Assembly: GCA_965262725.1 (NCBI GenBank)
Contig: OZ253555.1
Span: 1,248,001 to 1,312,000 of the forward strand
Direction of reading: 5' to 3'
From: Dehalococcoidia bacterium
Lineage (GTDB): Bacteria; Chloroflexota; Dehalococcoidia; UBA2979
DNA length: 64,000 bases
In this document: positions 28,943 through 38,707 of the stretch, in pieces
Numbering within the stretch: the stretch's first letter is position 1
Layout: each line of letters opens with the position of its first letter
The notes under the pieces: model-generated
Database searches by the model: none
What the model was told of the DNA's origin: nothing
Seen by the model: only the letters and a program-made list of their open reading frames with translations
Position numbers and translations under genes: made by a program

Positions 28943-30672
28943 GGCGAGGCCACCAGTTCGCTGCTCGACGGCACGCGCAGGTAGTCCATGAGCCGCGTCG
29001 CGAGGCGCGAGAAGAGCGGTGCCGCGACCTCGCCCCCGAGATTCCGCTCGCCGCTGGGCTGGTCGACCTTGACGAGGATCGAGATGCGTGGAGATTCGTA
29101 CGGAAGGAATCCGGCGAACGAGGCGATCGTGGTGTCGAGGTCGTAGCCGGTGGGGATCGACACCAGAGTCGTGCCGGTCTTGCCGGCCACGTGGTACCCC
29201 TCCACCCGCGCCCCCGAATATGGGGAGGTCTCCACGACGTCGAACATGAGCCTCGCCATCACCCGCGCCGTCTGCGGCGAGACGACGCGCCTCACCTCGA
29301 CGGGTTCGAAGCGGCGCACCTCGGTGGGAGTGACGATCTCCGAGACGATGTAGGGGCGCATGAGCACGCCGCCGTTGGCGAACGTGTTGATCGCGGTCAG
29401 CACCTGCAGCGGGGTCGCGGCGAGTCCTTGCCCGAAGGAGTTCGTCGCCCGGTCCGCCTCGTACCAGTCAATGTCGTCCGGCGTGCGCAGGAGCCCCTCC
29501 GCCTCGCCGGCCAGGCCGATGTGGGTCGGCTCCCCGAGGCCGAACGCTTGCAGGTATTCGTAGAAGGGCCGAGCGCCGATCCGCTCGGAGAGCCACACCG
29601 CCCCGGTATTCAGCGATCGCTGCAGGTACTCCGTCACCGTCACCTCGCCGTGGGCCTGGAGGTCCCAGTTGCGAATGGTGTAGCCGCCGACCTCGACGGC
29701 ACCCTCGTCGACGTAGGTGCTCTGGGGCGTGACACGGCCGAGGTCGATGGCAGCCGCCGTGGTGAGCGTCTTCAGGACCGAGCCGGGCTCGTAGAGGTCG
29801 GTGACCGCCCTGTTGCGGACGAGGTGGGAGAGCTCGGGGTCGTCGAGGTCGATCTCGGTGAGCCGGACGGCGGGCTGCGAGGCCAGCGCCAGCACCGCCC
29901 CGGTGTGGGGGTCCATCACCACGATCGAGCCGGACCGCGCGCCGTGCTGCTCGATCGCCTGGGCGAGCTCCTGCTCGGCCGCGCCCTGGATGAAGGCGTC
30001 GACGGTGAGAACCACGTCCCCGCCGCGCTCGGGCGGGTGCTCACGCCGGGCGCTGAAGGCGATCGGACGCCCGAGCACGTCGCGCTCTGTGTAGACGATG
30101 CCGGCGCGTCCCCTGAGCACGTGATCGTAGTCCGCCTCGATGCCCCAGAGGCCCGTGTCGTCGAGCCCCACGTGCCCGATGAGTTGCCCGGCGATGTCGC
30201 CCTCGGGGTGGATGCGGACGGAGGATGGGGTCAGTCGCACGCCGACGAGACCGGCACGCTCGATGGCGAGGCCGGTCTCGTAGTCGATGTCGCGCATGAG
30301 CAGGGCGGTGCCGGTGGCGTCCTCGGTGCCGAGCGCGTAGATTGCGTCGGCCTCGAGACCCAGCTCGCCGGCGAGGTCGCTCGCCGCTCGGGCTGCGCTC
30401 TCGCGATCCCGCCACTGGGCGCGATCGACGTAGACATTCCATGTGTCGATCGATGTCGCGAACGGGTAGCCGTTGGCCGAGATGATCGCGCCGCGGGGCG
30501 CCGGGACCTCCGTCGCGCCGTAGTGCAGCAGCGCCGCCTCTTCGCGGTAGCGGTCGTGCTCGAGGACCTGGATCACGACCAGCCGCCACACCAGCGCGGC
30601 CGCTCCGGCGAGCAGCAGGAGCACGAGCGAGAGATGTCGCCAGGTCAGGTGGTCGGGTCGCGCGTCGTTCAC
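28939..30672 (-). CDS. ftsI: Class B penicillin-binding protein (FtsI/PBP3)
   Basis: N-terminal TM, RGAI, YEPGSVLK (SxxK), SLN (SxN), KTGT. The GTG 30672 start is inferred. Confidence 0.92.
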   Translation of the reverse strand: MNDARPDHLTWRHLSLVLLLLAGAAALVWRLVVIQVLEHDRYREEAALLHYGATEVPAPRGAIISANGYPFATSIDTWNVYVDRAQWRDRESAARAASDLAGELGLEADAIYALGTEDATGTALLMRDIDYETGLAIERAGLVGVRLTPSSVRIHPEGDIAGQLIGHVGLDDTGLWGIEADYDHVLRGRAGIVYTERDVLGRPIAFSARREHPPERGGDVVLTVDAFIQGAAEQELAQAIEQHGARSGSIVVMDPHTGAVLALASQPAVRLTEIDLDDPELSHLVRNRAVTDLYEPGSVLKTLTTAAAIDLGRVTPQSTYVDEGAVEVGGYTIRNWDLQAHGEVTVTEYLQRSLNTGAVWLSERIGARPFYEYLQAFGLGEPTHIGLAGEAEGLLRTPDDIDWYEADRATNSFGQGLAATPLQVLTAINTFANGGVLMRPYIVSEIVTPTEVRRFEPVEVRRVVSPQTARVMARLMFDVVETSPYSGARVEGYHVAGKTGTTLVSIPTGYDLDTTIASFAGFLPYESPRISILVKVDQPSGERNLGGEVAAPLFSRLATRLMDYLRVPSSSELVASP

Positions 30673-30754
30673 CTGCAACCGCTCCCTGCGAATCGCTCCT
30701 CGCGCGGCGTGGGCGCCGGGTGGCGGTCCCCCACCGCGTTCTCGCCCTGCGTCG

Positions 30755-31315
30755 CTACGTGCCCCCTCCCGGCAGCCGATCGAGCAGCGTGCGCCAGAGG
30801 GATGCCGGCGGGTCGGGCGGTTCATCGAGGGGCGGCACGTAGCGCTCCGGCAGACGGAGGGTCGGGGGTGCGGCGACGTCCACGGCGACGGTTAGCGCGG
30901 GGGTCGTCTCGACCATGCCGAGTTCGGTCGCGGCGCGGTGCGCGAGATTGTCGCCGCGCGAGAGTCCGGCGATGCGCCCCTCGAGGAGGCGCACCTCCGC
31001 CGCCAGTCGCGTGCGCTCGCTCTCGAGCGCGAGCAGATCGTAGCCGACCTCGGCGATACGGCTGGTCTGCAGGACCTGGTAGACGCCGAGTGCGCCCACC
31101 GCGACGAGGAGGAGCCCCAGGAGGAAGAGCCCCGGGATGCGCTGCCAGCGCGACTGCACGATGACGGCCGCCCCCTCGAGGGCGCGGCGCGAGATGACGC
31201 CGCGCGCGGGCTGGTGCCCGGCCTCGCCCGGGGGCCCGTGCCCGGCGACCGCTCGCCCGACGGGCAGGCGGGGTCCCGCTGTGAGCGATGCTGCGCGCGG
31301 GTGCGCGGCCATCAC
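30755..31315 (-). CDS. ftsL: FtsL-like cell division protein (start uncertain)
   Basis: TM, coiled coil and ATELGM; lies between rsmH and ftsI with a GTGA overlap on the rsmH stop. Confidence 0.7.
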   Translation of the reverse strand: MMAAHPRAASLTAGPRLPVGRAVAGHGPPGEAGHQPARGVISRRALEGAAVIVQSRWQRIPGLFLLGLLLVAVGALGVYQVLQTSRIAEVGYDLLALESERTRLAAEVRLLEGRIAGLSRGDNLAHRAATELGMVETTPALTVAVDVAAPPTLRLPERYVPPLDEPPDPPASLWRTLLDRLPGGGT

Positions 31316-32403
31316 GCCCCCTCGCTCGCCGGGAGGCGCTCTGCCGCCCGCAGCCTCGCCGAGCGGGCCCGGGGGTTGCGCGCCACCTCGGAGGCGTCGG
31401 GGCGCAGCGGGCGGCGGGTCAGCTCCGCAAGCGTTGCGACGTGGCCGCAGACGCAGGCCGGGCTGCGCGGCGGACAGAGGCAGTCCGTCGCTTCGCGACG
31501 GAGGAACCGCTTCACGATGCGGTCCTCCAGCGAGTGGTACGAGAGGACGACGAGGCGGCCACCGACAGCGAGCAGGCCGTGAGCACCGGGGAGCGCCGAG
31601 TCGAGGAGCGAGAGCTCCCCGTTGACGGCGATCCGTAGGGCTTGAAACGTCCGGGTAGCGGGGTGGATGTTTTCTGGACGTCCCCGGCCCGGTCCCACGG
31701 CCTGCTCGATGGCGGTGACGAGTTCCCCCGTTGTCTTCAGCGGGCGGCGCGCCATCACCGCCCGTGCGATCGCACGGTGCCGCTTCTCCTCTCCGAATTC
31801 CCGGAGGATGCTCGAGAGCTCCCGCTCTGCGTAGCCGTTGACGATCTCGGCGGCGCTCGGCCCGTCCGTCGTCGAGTCCATGCGCATGTCCAGCGGCTCG
31901 TCCCGGCGGAACGAGAAGCCCCGTCCGGGTGCCGCGAGTTGCAGGGACGAGACGCCGAGGTCGAAGAGCACGCCGTCCACATCACCGAAGCCGGCGTCGC
32001 CCACGATCTCCGGCAACCGGTCGAAGCGGCCGTGCCGAAGGGTGACCGCGTCGCCGAAGGGGGCCAGCCGCCCGCGGGCGACGTCGAGTGCCTGTCGATC
32101 GCGATCGACCCCGAGCAGCCGGACGCCCGGGGTCGCCTCGAGCAACGCGCGCGCGTGGCCGCCCGTGCCGAGAGTCGCGTCGACGTAGCGCCCGCCCGGT
32201 CGCAGAGCAAGCAGCTGCACGACCTCTTCGGGCATGACCGGCTCGTGTACGGCGCCGGCGGCGTTCGGACCGGCGGGCCCTAGGGGCCCGCCGGGGCGGC
32301 GCGCCCTCCGACCGGGGCCGCGACGCGTCGCCGAGCAGGCACCCGAACGGTGACGGGGAGACGGGCCCTCCCCCGCGGTGGGCGGGACGAGCGGAGTCGT
32401 CAC
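31312..32403 (-). CDS. rsmH: 16S rRNA m4C1402 methyltransferase
   Basis: HEPVM, DATLGTGGHA, DLGVSSLQL, PLDMRMD, HPATRTFQALRIAVN, YHSLEDRIVK. Confidence 0.96.
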   Translation of the reverse strand: MTTPLVPPTAGEGPSPRHRSGACSATRRGPGRRARRPGGPLGPAGPNAAGAVHEPVMPEEVVQLLALRPGGRYVDATLGTGGHARALLEATPGVRLLGVDRDRQALDVARGRLAPFGDAVTLRHGRFDRLPEIVGDAGFGDVDGVLFDLGVSSLQLAAPGRGFSFRRDEPLDMRMDSTTDGPSAAEIVNGYAERELSSILREFGEEKRHRAIARAVMARRPLKTTGELVTAIEQAVGPGRGRPENIHPATRTFQALRIAVNGELSLLDSALPGAHGLLAVGGRLVVLSYHSLEDRIVKRFLRREATDCLCPPRSPACVCGHVATLAELTRRPLRPDASEVARNPRARSARLRAAERLPASEGA

Positions 32404-32825
32404 GATCCAGGCTCGCCGCGAGCATCGGCTAGCGCGGCCGCCGTCTGCTCGCGCTCCCAACGCTCCGGGCTCCACAGCTCGACGTAGTCGCCGCACCCGA
32501 TCACGACGGCGCGGCTCTCCAGGGCCGCAGCCTCGCGCATCCCCGCAGGCAGCAGCACTCGGCCCTGCCCGTCGAGTTCGACGGTGAAGGCGCCGGGCAG
32601 GAAGCCCCGGCGCACCCGCCGGCCCCCGATGTCGCGCGTGCTGACGTGCGCTCCGAGCCGGGAGCGGACCTCCTCCTCGAACCCCTCCTGCGTGTAGAGC
32701 TCGACGCAGCCGTCCCCGCTCGCCCGCAGGACGCCCCCGCCGGCAAAGGCGTGGCGATAGCGAGCCGGGACTGCCACCCGGCCACGGTCGTCGACCGCGT
32801 GATCGAAAGAACCGAAGAAGTACAC
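32400..32825 (-). CDS. mraZ: Transcriptional regulator MraZ
   Basis: DDRGRVAVP and LDGQGRVLLP repeats, GCGDYVELW. Confidence 0.93.
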   Translation of the reverse strand: MYFFGSFDHAVDDRGRVAVPARYRHAFAGGGVLRASGDGCVELYTQEGFEEEVRSRLGAHVSTRDIGGRRVRRGFLPGAFTVELDGQGRVLLPAGMREAAALESRAVVIGCGDYVELWSPERWEREQTAAALADARGEPGS

Positions 32826-32872
32826 GCTGTCCCCGCTGCGCTCCCGGACGCTCGTGCGGAATAGGGAATACG

Positions 32873-32888
32873 CCCCATTCTGCCCCAT
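32873..32888 (-). promoter_or_regulatory. Probable MraZ operator (TGGGG direct repeats, 10-bp period) in the dcw promoter
   Basis: Minus strand reads ATGGGG-CAGA-ATGGGG, matching the known TGGGN-N5 MraZ box pattern. A TTGTGA...TAGCTT promoter candidate lies just upstream. Confidence 0.6.
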
Positions 32889-33016
32889 TGCAGCTCCGAG
32901 AAGCTATCACATGCCCCACCGCCCTCACAACCGAGCCCGCGCGGCACCACGGAGGGCGTCGCCTCTTGCCCGTCGACGCCGATCGGGCGCACCGTGAGTA
33001 CGGTGGAGGGCTGGCG

Positions 33017-33559
33017 ATGGCGTTGCGTGCCGGCGTCCTGACGGTGTCCGATGCGGGGGCCCGCGGCGAGCGTGACGACACGGCCGGGCCCGCTGTCGCC
33101 GCGGCGCTCGCCGGCGCCGGGTTCGCCGTGGCGGCGAGCGCACTCCTCCCCGACGAGGAGGGCGAGATCGCCGCCCTCTTGCGCCGCTGGTGCGACGACG
33201 AGGACGTCGCCCTCGTCGTGACGACCGGCGGCACCGGACTCGCGCCGCGCGATCGCACGCCGCAGGCCACGGCCGGGGTGATCGACTACGAAGTCCCGGG
33301 CCTGGCCGAGGCGATGCGCGCGGCCGGCCGCAACTCTACGCCGTTCGCCTCGCTCTCCCGGGGCCTCGCCGGCGTGCGCGGTTCCACCCTGCTCCTGAAC
33401 CTCCCCGGCAGCGAGAGCGGCGCGACGGAGAGCATCGCGGCCGTGCTCGGAGTGCTCCGCCACGCGTGCACGCAGCTCTCCCTCCCGCGATCCGGCGGAC
33501 CGTCGGGCGCCGACCCCGACACAACGCACGCCGAGCTCGCGGCCGGTTCCGCGGAGTAA
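33017..33559 (+). CDS. mogA: Molybdopterin adenylyltransferase (MogA/MoaB family)
   Basis: VLTVSD, TTGGTGLAPRDRTPQAT, LSRGLAG, NLPGS. Confidence 0.9.
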   Translation: MALRAGVLTVSDAGARGERDDTAGPAVAAALAGAGFAVAASALLPDEEGEIAALLRRWCDDEDVALVVTTGGTGLAPRDRTPQATAGVIDYEVPGLAEAMRAAGRNSTPFASLSRGLAGVRGSTLLLNLPGSESGATESIAAVLGVLRHACTQLSLPRSGGPSGADPDTTHAELAAGSAE

Positions 33560-33566
33560 CCCCGGC

Positions 33567-34316
33567 GTGCGCATCGACGTGCTGACGCTCTTTCCCGGCA
33601 TCCTCGAGGCGCCGCTCCGGGAGACGATCCTCGGGCGCGCCCGAGAGTCCGGCGTGCTTGAGGTCGTGATCCACGATCTCCGACCTTGGGGGCTCGGCCG
33701 GCACCGGTCGGTGGACGACTACCCGTTCGGCGGGGGGCCGGGGATGGTCATGCGGCCCGAGCCGTTCTTCACCGCCGTCGAGGCGATCCAGCTCCTCTCG
33801 GAGCCGGCGGCCGAGGTGGTCCTGCTGACACCCCAGGGACGCCGCCTCGATGCGGCCCTCGCCGCGGATCTCGCCGCCAGACCGCGCCTGCTCATGGTCT
33901 GCGGCCGCTACGAGGGGGTCGACGAAAGGGTCCGCGAGCACCTCATCGATCGCGAGGTAAGCGTCGCTGACGTAGTGCTCTCCGGTGGCGAGATCCCGGC
34001 GCTCGTGCTGATCGACGCGGTGGCGCGCCGGATCCCCGGCGTGCTCGGCGCCGAGGCCTCCCTGGCTGAGGAGTCCTTTGACGAGGGGCTGCTCGAATAC
34101 CCGCAGTACACGCGTCCCCGCGACTTCCGCGGCTGGCCCGTCCCTCCGGTCCTGCTCTCAGGTGATCACGGGGCGGTGGCGCGCTGGCGCCGGGGTGAGC
34201 GGGTACGCCGCACGCACGAGCGCCGGCCGGATCTTCTCCCCGGCGCCGCCCTCACCGAGCGCGAGCGGGCCTTCCTCGCCGACCGGTCCGCCGACGGCGG
34301 GGGCCCGGTTGACTGA
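33567..34316 (+). CDS. trmD: tRNA (guanine-37-N1)-methyltransferase
   Basis: VDDYPFGGGPGMVM, CGRYEGVDER, VLSGGE, LEYPQYTRP. Confidence 0.98.
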   Translation: MRIDVLTLFPGILEAPLRETILGRARESGVLEVVIHDLRPWGLGRHRSVDDYPFGGGPGMVMRPEPFFTAVEAIQLLSEPAAEVVLLTPQGRRLDAALAADLAARPRLLMVCGRYEGVDERVREHLIDREVSVADVVLSGGEIPALVLIDAVARRIPGVLGAEASLAEESFDEGLLEYPQYTRPRDFRGWPVPPVLLSGDHGAVARWRRGERVRRTHERRPDLLPGAALTERERAFLADRSADGGGPVD

Positions 34317-34420
34317 CCCCCGGCGGCCTCGACTCTGTGGTGGGGGGCGGCTAGACTGCGATCCTTCCTGTCCCATCGGCACCGCGCCGGGATGGCGACC
34401 GATTCGGGGGAGCAGTCGCC

Positions 34421-34780
34421 ATGCCGACCATCGACTTGCGCAAGCTGGCGCCGGAGCGCAACGTCGCCATCCCGGATTTCGGGGCTGGCGATACGGTGCG
34501 CGTCTTCGTGCGCGTCGTCGAGGGCGAGCGCGAGCGCATCCAGCCCTTCGAGGGCGTCGTTCTGCGCGTGACGAGGGGACCGGGCGGGAGCTTCACCGTC
34601 CGCCGCATCGCCTCCGGCGTCGGCGTTGAGCGCAGCTTCCCGCTCTCCTCGCAGCGAGTGGTCCGCGTCGAGGTTGTGCGCCGCGGTCGCGTCCGCCGCT
34701 CGCGCCTCTACTACCTGCGCGGCCGCACGGGCCGCGCGGCGCGCGTGAAGGAAGCACGCCGAGCGCCGAGCAGCTCGTAG
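34421..34780 (+). CDS. rplS: 50S ribosomal protein L19
   Basis: [37 protein letters not shown]. Confidence 0.98.
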   Translation: MPTIDLRKLAPERNVAIPDFGAGDTVRVFVRVVEGERERIQPFEGVVLRVTRGPGGSFTVRRIASGVGVERSFPLSSQRVVRVEVVRRGRVRRSRLYYLRGRTGRAARVKEARRAPSSS

Positions 34781-34819
34781 GGCGGCGGACCGCCGCCTCA
34801 TTCGGCCTATCATCGGCCC

Positions 34820-37663
34820 GTGAGTAAGCCGCCCGCAGGCCCCACCCAGCCCGATCGGGAAGCGCCGGGACGCAGCCGCTACGTGCGCGTCGCCGTCAAC
34901 TCCGGGCAGCGCACGGCTATGACTTTCACCTACCACGTGCCGCCGGGGCGGGAGGTCCGTGCGGGCGAGGTCCTGCACGTCCCGTTCGGGGCGCGCACGC
35001 TGCAGGGGGTCGTCGTCGAGGGTCCATTCGACCTTCCCGGGTACGCCGGCACGACCCGCCCGATCGATCCCCCGGTGGAGGGCGCGCCGGTGATCACGGC
35101 GCGGCGCCTCGAGCTCGCGCAGTGGATCGCCGATCGCTACCTCGCGCCAGCTTGGGAGTCCTACGCGCTGATGCTGCCGCCGGGCGCGAGTGAGCGCCCG
35201 CAGACTCTTGTCGCGCGGGCAGCCGGCGGGCCGCAAAACGACGGTGATCCGGAGGCGCATCCCCGCCTGCCGGAGCCGCAGGCACGGCTCTACGCCCTGC
35301 TCGGCCCGGATCCGCGCCCCGCGGAGGAACTGCGCGCGAAGGCGGGCGAGCGCGCTTTCGACCAGGCGCTGGCAGCCTTGGTGCGACGGGGTCTGGCTGA
35401 GAAGCGCTATCGGCTGGGGCGGCCGCGCGGGCGAGCGCGCGTGGCCGAAGTCGTGCGCCTGCTCGTCCCGCCGGAGCGTGCGCGCGCTGCCGCGCTCGCG
35501 ATCGAGGGGCGCCGGCGGTCACGACCGGCGCGCGTGCTTCGTGCCCTGCTGGATGCGGGCGTGCCGCTTCCCTCCGAGGAGCTCGCCCGGATCGCGCGCG
35601 GCCGCGCGGTGGTCGAGGCGCTCGTGAGGGACGGTGTGCTTGAGCCCGCTCCCCCTGGCGAGGGGAGCGGATCCGGCCCGCGCGGGGAGGATTCCCCCGG
35701 GGCGCTGCGCCTCGCCGTCTCGCGCGAACGGGCGGAGCGCGCGGCGCTGCGCCTCTCGCGCACGCGCGCCGATGAAGCGTCGGCCGCACTCCTCGAGCGG
35801 CTCGCGGCCGACGCCGAGGGGGGCCGCGAGCCGACGGCGCGGCTAGCGGGCCTCGGCCGCGAGCTGGGCCCCGGCGCGCGGGCGGCGGTGGAGCGACTGG
35901 CCGCCGAGGCGCTCGTCGCCGTCGACGAGGTCCTGGATCGGCGCGACCCTCTCGCCGGACTCTCCGTGCTCACCCGCCCGCGCCCGGAGCTGATCGGCGA
36001 TCAGCGGGTCGCCTCGGCGCGGGCACGCGCGCTCATCGACCGCGCCGCGACGGGCGGGGATGGCGGCACGCCGCTGCTGATGGTGGGCGTGACCGGATCC
36101 GGGAAGACGGAGGTCTACCTCGATGCGCTGGCGCACGCCGTCGACCGCGGGCGGCGCGGCATCGTCCTCGTTCCCGAGATCGCCCTCACGCCGCAGACCG
36201 TGCGGCGCTTCGCGGAGCGTTTCCCCGGCCGCGTCGGCGTGCTCCACTCCGGGCTCTCGCTGGGCGAGGCATTCGACGAGTGGCACGCCGCGGCAGAGGG
36301 CCGCTACGACGTCGTCATCGGCTCGCGATCGGCGATCTTCGCGCCGGTGCCCGACCTTGGCCTAGTCGTAGTCGACGAGGCGCACGAGTGGACCTACAAG
36401 CAGGAGGATCCGCAGCCCCGCTACGACGCGCGCGACGTCGCGGCGCGCCTCTGCGAGCTCGCGGGCGCCGCGCTCGTGCTCGGTACCGCGACTCCGTCGG
36501 TGGAACAGTGGTATCAGGCGGTCTCGGGTGAACTGGAGCGGGTCGACCTTCCGCGGCGCGTGCGCCCGGTGCCGCAGCCCGGCGGGGGCGTCGCGGTGTG
36601 GCCCTCCGACGAAATGCCTGAGGTCGAGGTCGTCGACATGCGGGGCGGGCGCTCCCTCTTCTCGGAGCACCTCGCGCTGGCGCTCGGGGAGACGCTCGAG
36701 CGCGGCGAGCAGTCGATCCTCTTCCTCAACCGCCGGGGCCTCGCCGGCTTCCTGCTCTGTCCGCAGGGGCACTCGCCCGAGTGCTCCTCGTGCGACGTCT
36801 CGCTCGCGCTCCACACGCGGGGCGAGCCCTCCGGCGGCGCTCCCCCTCCAGACGAGGGCCCCGCCGCCCGCCGCCGGGTTCTGGTCTGCCACCAGTGCGG
36901 GCGCCGCCGGGGGGTGCCGGCGGCGTGCCCTCGCTGCGGCGGCGCCCTCGGGCCGGCGCGCGCCGGCACGCAGCGCGTGGAGCGCGAGGTGCGCCGCCTC
37001 TATCCGGCGGCCCGTGTCGCGCGCTGGGACCGAGACACGGCCCGCCGGCGCGATCATCACGAGGCGATCCTCGGGCGGTTCCTGGGGCAGGAGATCGACG
37101 TCCTGGTCGGAACGCAGATGGTGGCGAAGGGTCTCGACATCCCTGCGGTCACGCTGGTCGGGGTCGTGCTCGCCGACTACACGCTACGCGAGGGCGACTT
37201 CCGCTCGCGCGAGCGGACCTTTCAGCTGCTCGTGCAGGTCGGCGGCCGGGCCGGCCGGGCCGAGCGGCCGGGCCGGGTCGTGATCCAGACCCTGCAACCG
37301 GAGGACCGCGCCGTGGAGGCGGCCGCGGCGGGTGATGTTGATGGCTTCCTCGAGCAGGAACTGCAGTGGCGGGCGGCTCACGACTACCCGCCGATCCGGC
37401 GCCTGGCTCGGTTGCTGTTCGCACATCCACGCCTCGCCTATGGAGCGGAGGAGGCCGCCCGCGTGGCGACGGAGGTGCGCCGGCTGGCCGCCGGAGCCCC
37501 CCACGTCGAGGTGCTCGGGCCGTTGCGGCCGCGCTTCGCGCGCGTGCGCGGGCGCCACCGCTGGTCGATCGTCGTTAAGGCAGACGACCCGTCCACCCTC
37601 CTGCGCCCACTTGCCCTCCCCGCCGGCTGGCGTGTGGACATCGATCCGGCCAGCGTCGACTGA
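34820..37663 (+). CDS. priA: Primosomal protein N' (replication restart helicase)
   Basis: GVTGSGKTEVY, VPEIALT, DEAH, YKQE, FLNRRG, zinc-finger region, GTQMVAKG, QVGGRAGR. Confidence 0.96.
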   Translation: MSKPPAGPTQPDREAPGRSRYVRVAVNSGQRTAMTFTYHVPPGREVRAGEVLHVPFGARTLQGVVVEGPFDLPGYAGTTRPIDPPVEGAPVITARRLELAQWIADRYLAPAWESYALMLPPGASERPQTLVARAAGGPQNDGDPEAHPRLPEPQARLYALLGPDPRPAEELRAKAGERAFDQALAALVRRGLAEKRYRLGRPRGRARVAEVVRLLVPPERARAAALAIEGRRRSRPARVLRALLDAGVPLPSEELARIARGRAVVEALVRDGVLEPAPPGEGSGSGPRGEDSPGALRLAVSRERAERAALRLSRTRADEASAALLERLAADAEGGREPTARLAGLGRELGPGARAAVERLAAEALVAVDEVLDRRDPLAGLSVLTRPRPELIGDQRVASARARALIDRAATGGDGGTPLLMVGVTGSGKTEVYLDALAHAVDRGRRGIVLVPEIALTPQTVRRFAERFPGRVGVLHSGLSLGEAFDEWHAAAEGRYDVVIGSRSAIFAPVPDLGLVVVDEAHEWTYKQEDPQPRYDARDVAARLCELAGAALVLGTATPSVEQWYQAVSGELERVDLPRRVRPVPQPGGGVAVWPSDEMPEVEVVDMRGGRSLFSEHLALALGETLERGEQSILFLNRRGLAGFLLCPQGHSPECSSCDVSLALHTRGEPSGGAPPPDEGPAARRRVLVCHQCGRRRGVPAACPRCGGALGPARAGTQRVEREVRRLYPAARVARWDRDTARRRDHHEAILGRFLGQEIDVLVGTQMVAKGLDIPAVTLVGVVLADYTLREGDFRSRERTFQLLVQVGGRAGRAERPGRVVIQTLQPEDRAVEAAAAGDVDGFLEQELQWRAAHDYPPIRRLARLLFAHPRLAYGAEEAARVATEVRRLAAGAPHVEVLGPLRPRFARVRGRHRWSIVVKADDPSTLLRPLALPAGWRVDIDPASVD

Positions 37664-37799
37664 GGACGATCGCTCCGGGAGGCGCACAGGTGCCCCCGGG
37701 GAGCTGTCGCCCGTGGCGTGCCCCGTGGCGCGCAGACCCAAGCCGGGAGCGCGGGTACAATCGGCGCGGCCGCGCAACCGATGTGCCCCGAGGAGCGGC

Positions 37800-38369
37800 A
37801 TGATGATTCGTCCCATCCGCTATCTGGGCGACCCCGCGCTGCGCCTGCCGTCTCGGCGCGTGCGCGTCGTCGACGAGAGCGTCCGCCGCTTGATCGGGGA
37901 CATGATCGAGTCGATGGAGATGGCTCAGGGTGTCGGGCTCGCGGCGCCGCAGATAGGCGTGGGGCTGCGCGTGGTGGTGATCGGCCTGCCGGGCGAGCAC
38001 CCCTTCGCGCTGGTGAATCCCGAGGTGGTCGCACGCTCCGGGGAGCGCCGGGCCGAGGGCGAAGGTTGCCTCTCGGTGCCCGGCTACCGCGGTACGCCCA
38101 CCCGCTCCGTGCGGGTGGTCGTCCGGGCGCTCGACGAGCGGGGGGACGCCGTCGAGTTCAGGGCTGAGAATGACCTGTTGGCGCAGGCGCTGGAGCACGA
38201 GGTCGACCACATCAACGGCATCCTCTACGTCGACCGGCTCGGCCCGGACGGGCAGCTCAGCAAGATTCCGGGCCGCGACTGGTCCGAGGGACGCACGTCG
38301 CGGGAGGGACGGGGTCCTGAGAACGCCGCGAACGGTTCGCGGGATGCGGCGGCGGTGGGCGGTTCCTAG
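37800..38369 (+). CDS. def: Peptide deformylase
   Basis: GVGLAAPQIG, EGCLSVP, HEVDHING. Confidence 0.97.
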   Translation: MMIRPIRYLGDPALRLPSRRVRVVDESVRRLIGDMIESMEMAQGVGLAAPQIGVGLRVVVIGLPGEHPFALVNPEVVARSGERRAEGEGCLSVPGYRGTPTRSVRVVVRALDERGDAVEFRAENDLLAQALEHEVDHINGILYVDRLGPDGQLSKIPGRDWSEGRTSREGRGPENAANGSRDAAAVGGS

Positions 38370-38704
38370 TGGATGTTGTCCTCGCCCTCGTTGTCGTCGT
38401 CGCCGCGTTTTACTTCATTCTTCTCAGGCCCGTGATCGCGCAGCAGCGCCGCCAGCGCCGCGACATCGCTGGCCTCTCCGAGGGGGACGAGGTGCTGACC
38501 AGCGGCGGCTTCTACGCGCGCGTGGTCGAGATCCGCACGCCGGATCACGGCCCGACCCTGATCCGGCTTGAGGTCGCACCCGGCGTGGTTCTGAACGCCA
38601 CGCCCCACGCCGTGCAGGAGGTCAGCGCGCGCGCGCCGCTCGCTGGCGGGTCCGCGGATGCGCCCGATGCGCCCACGACCCCCTCTGCGGGCGGAGCGGA
38701 GTAG
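38369..38704 (+). CDS. yajC: Preprotein translocase subunit YajC
   Basis: N-terminal TM, FYFILLRP, GDEVLTSGGF; lies upstream of secD. Confidence 0.9.
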   Translation: MDVVLALVVVVAAFYFILLRPVIAQQRRQRRDIAGLSEGDEVLTSGGFYARVVEIRTPDHGPTLIRLEVAPGVVLNATPHAVQEVSARAPLAGGSADAPDAPTTPSAGGAE

Positions 38705-38707
38705 CGC

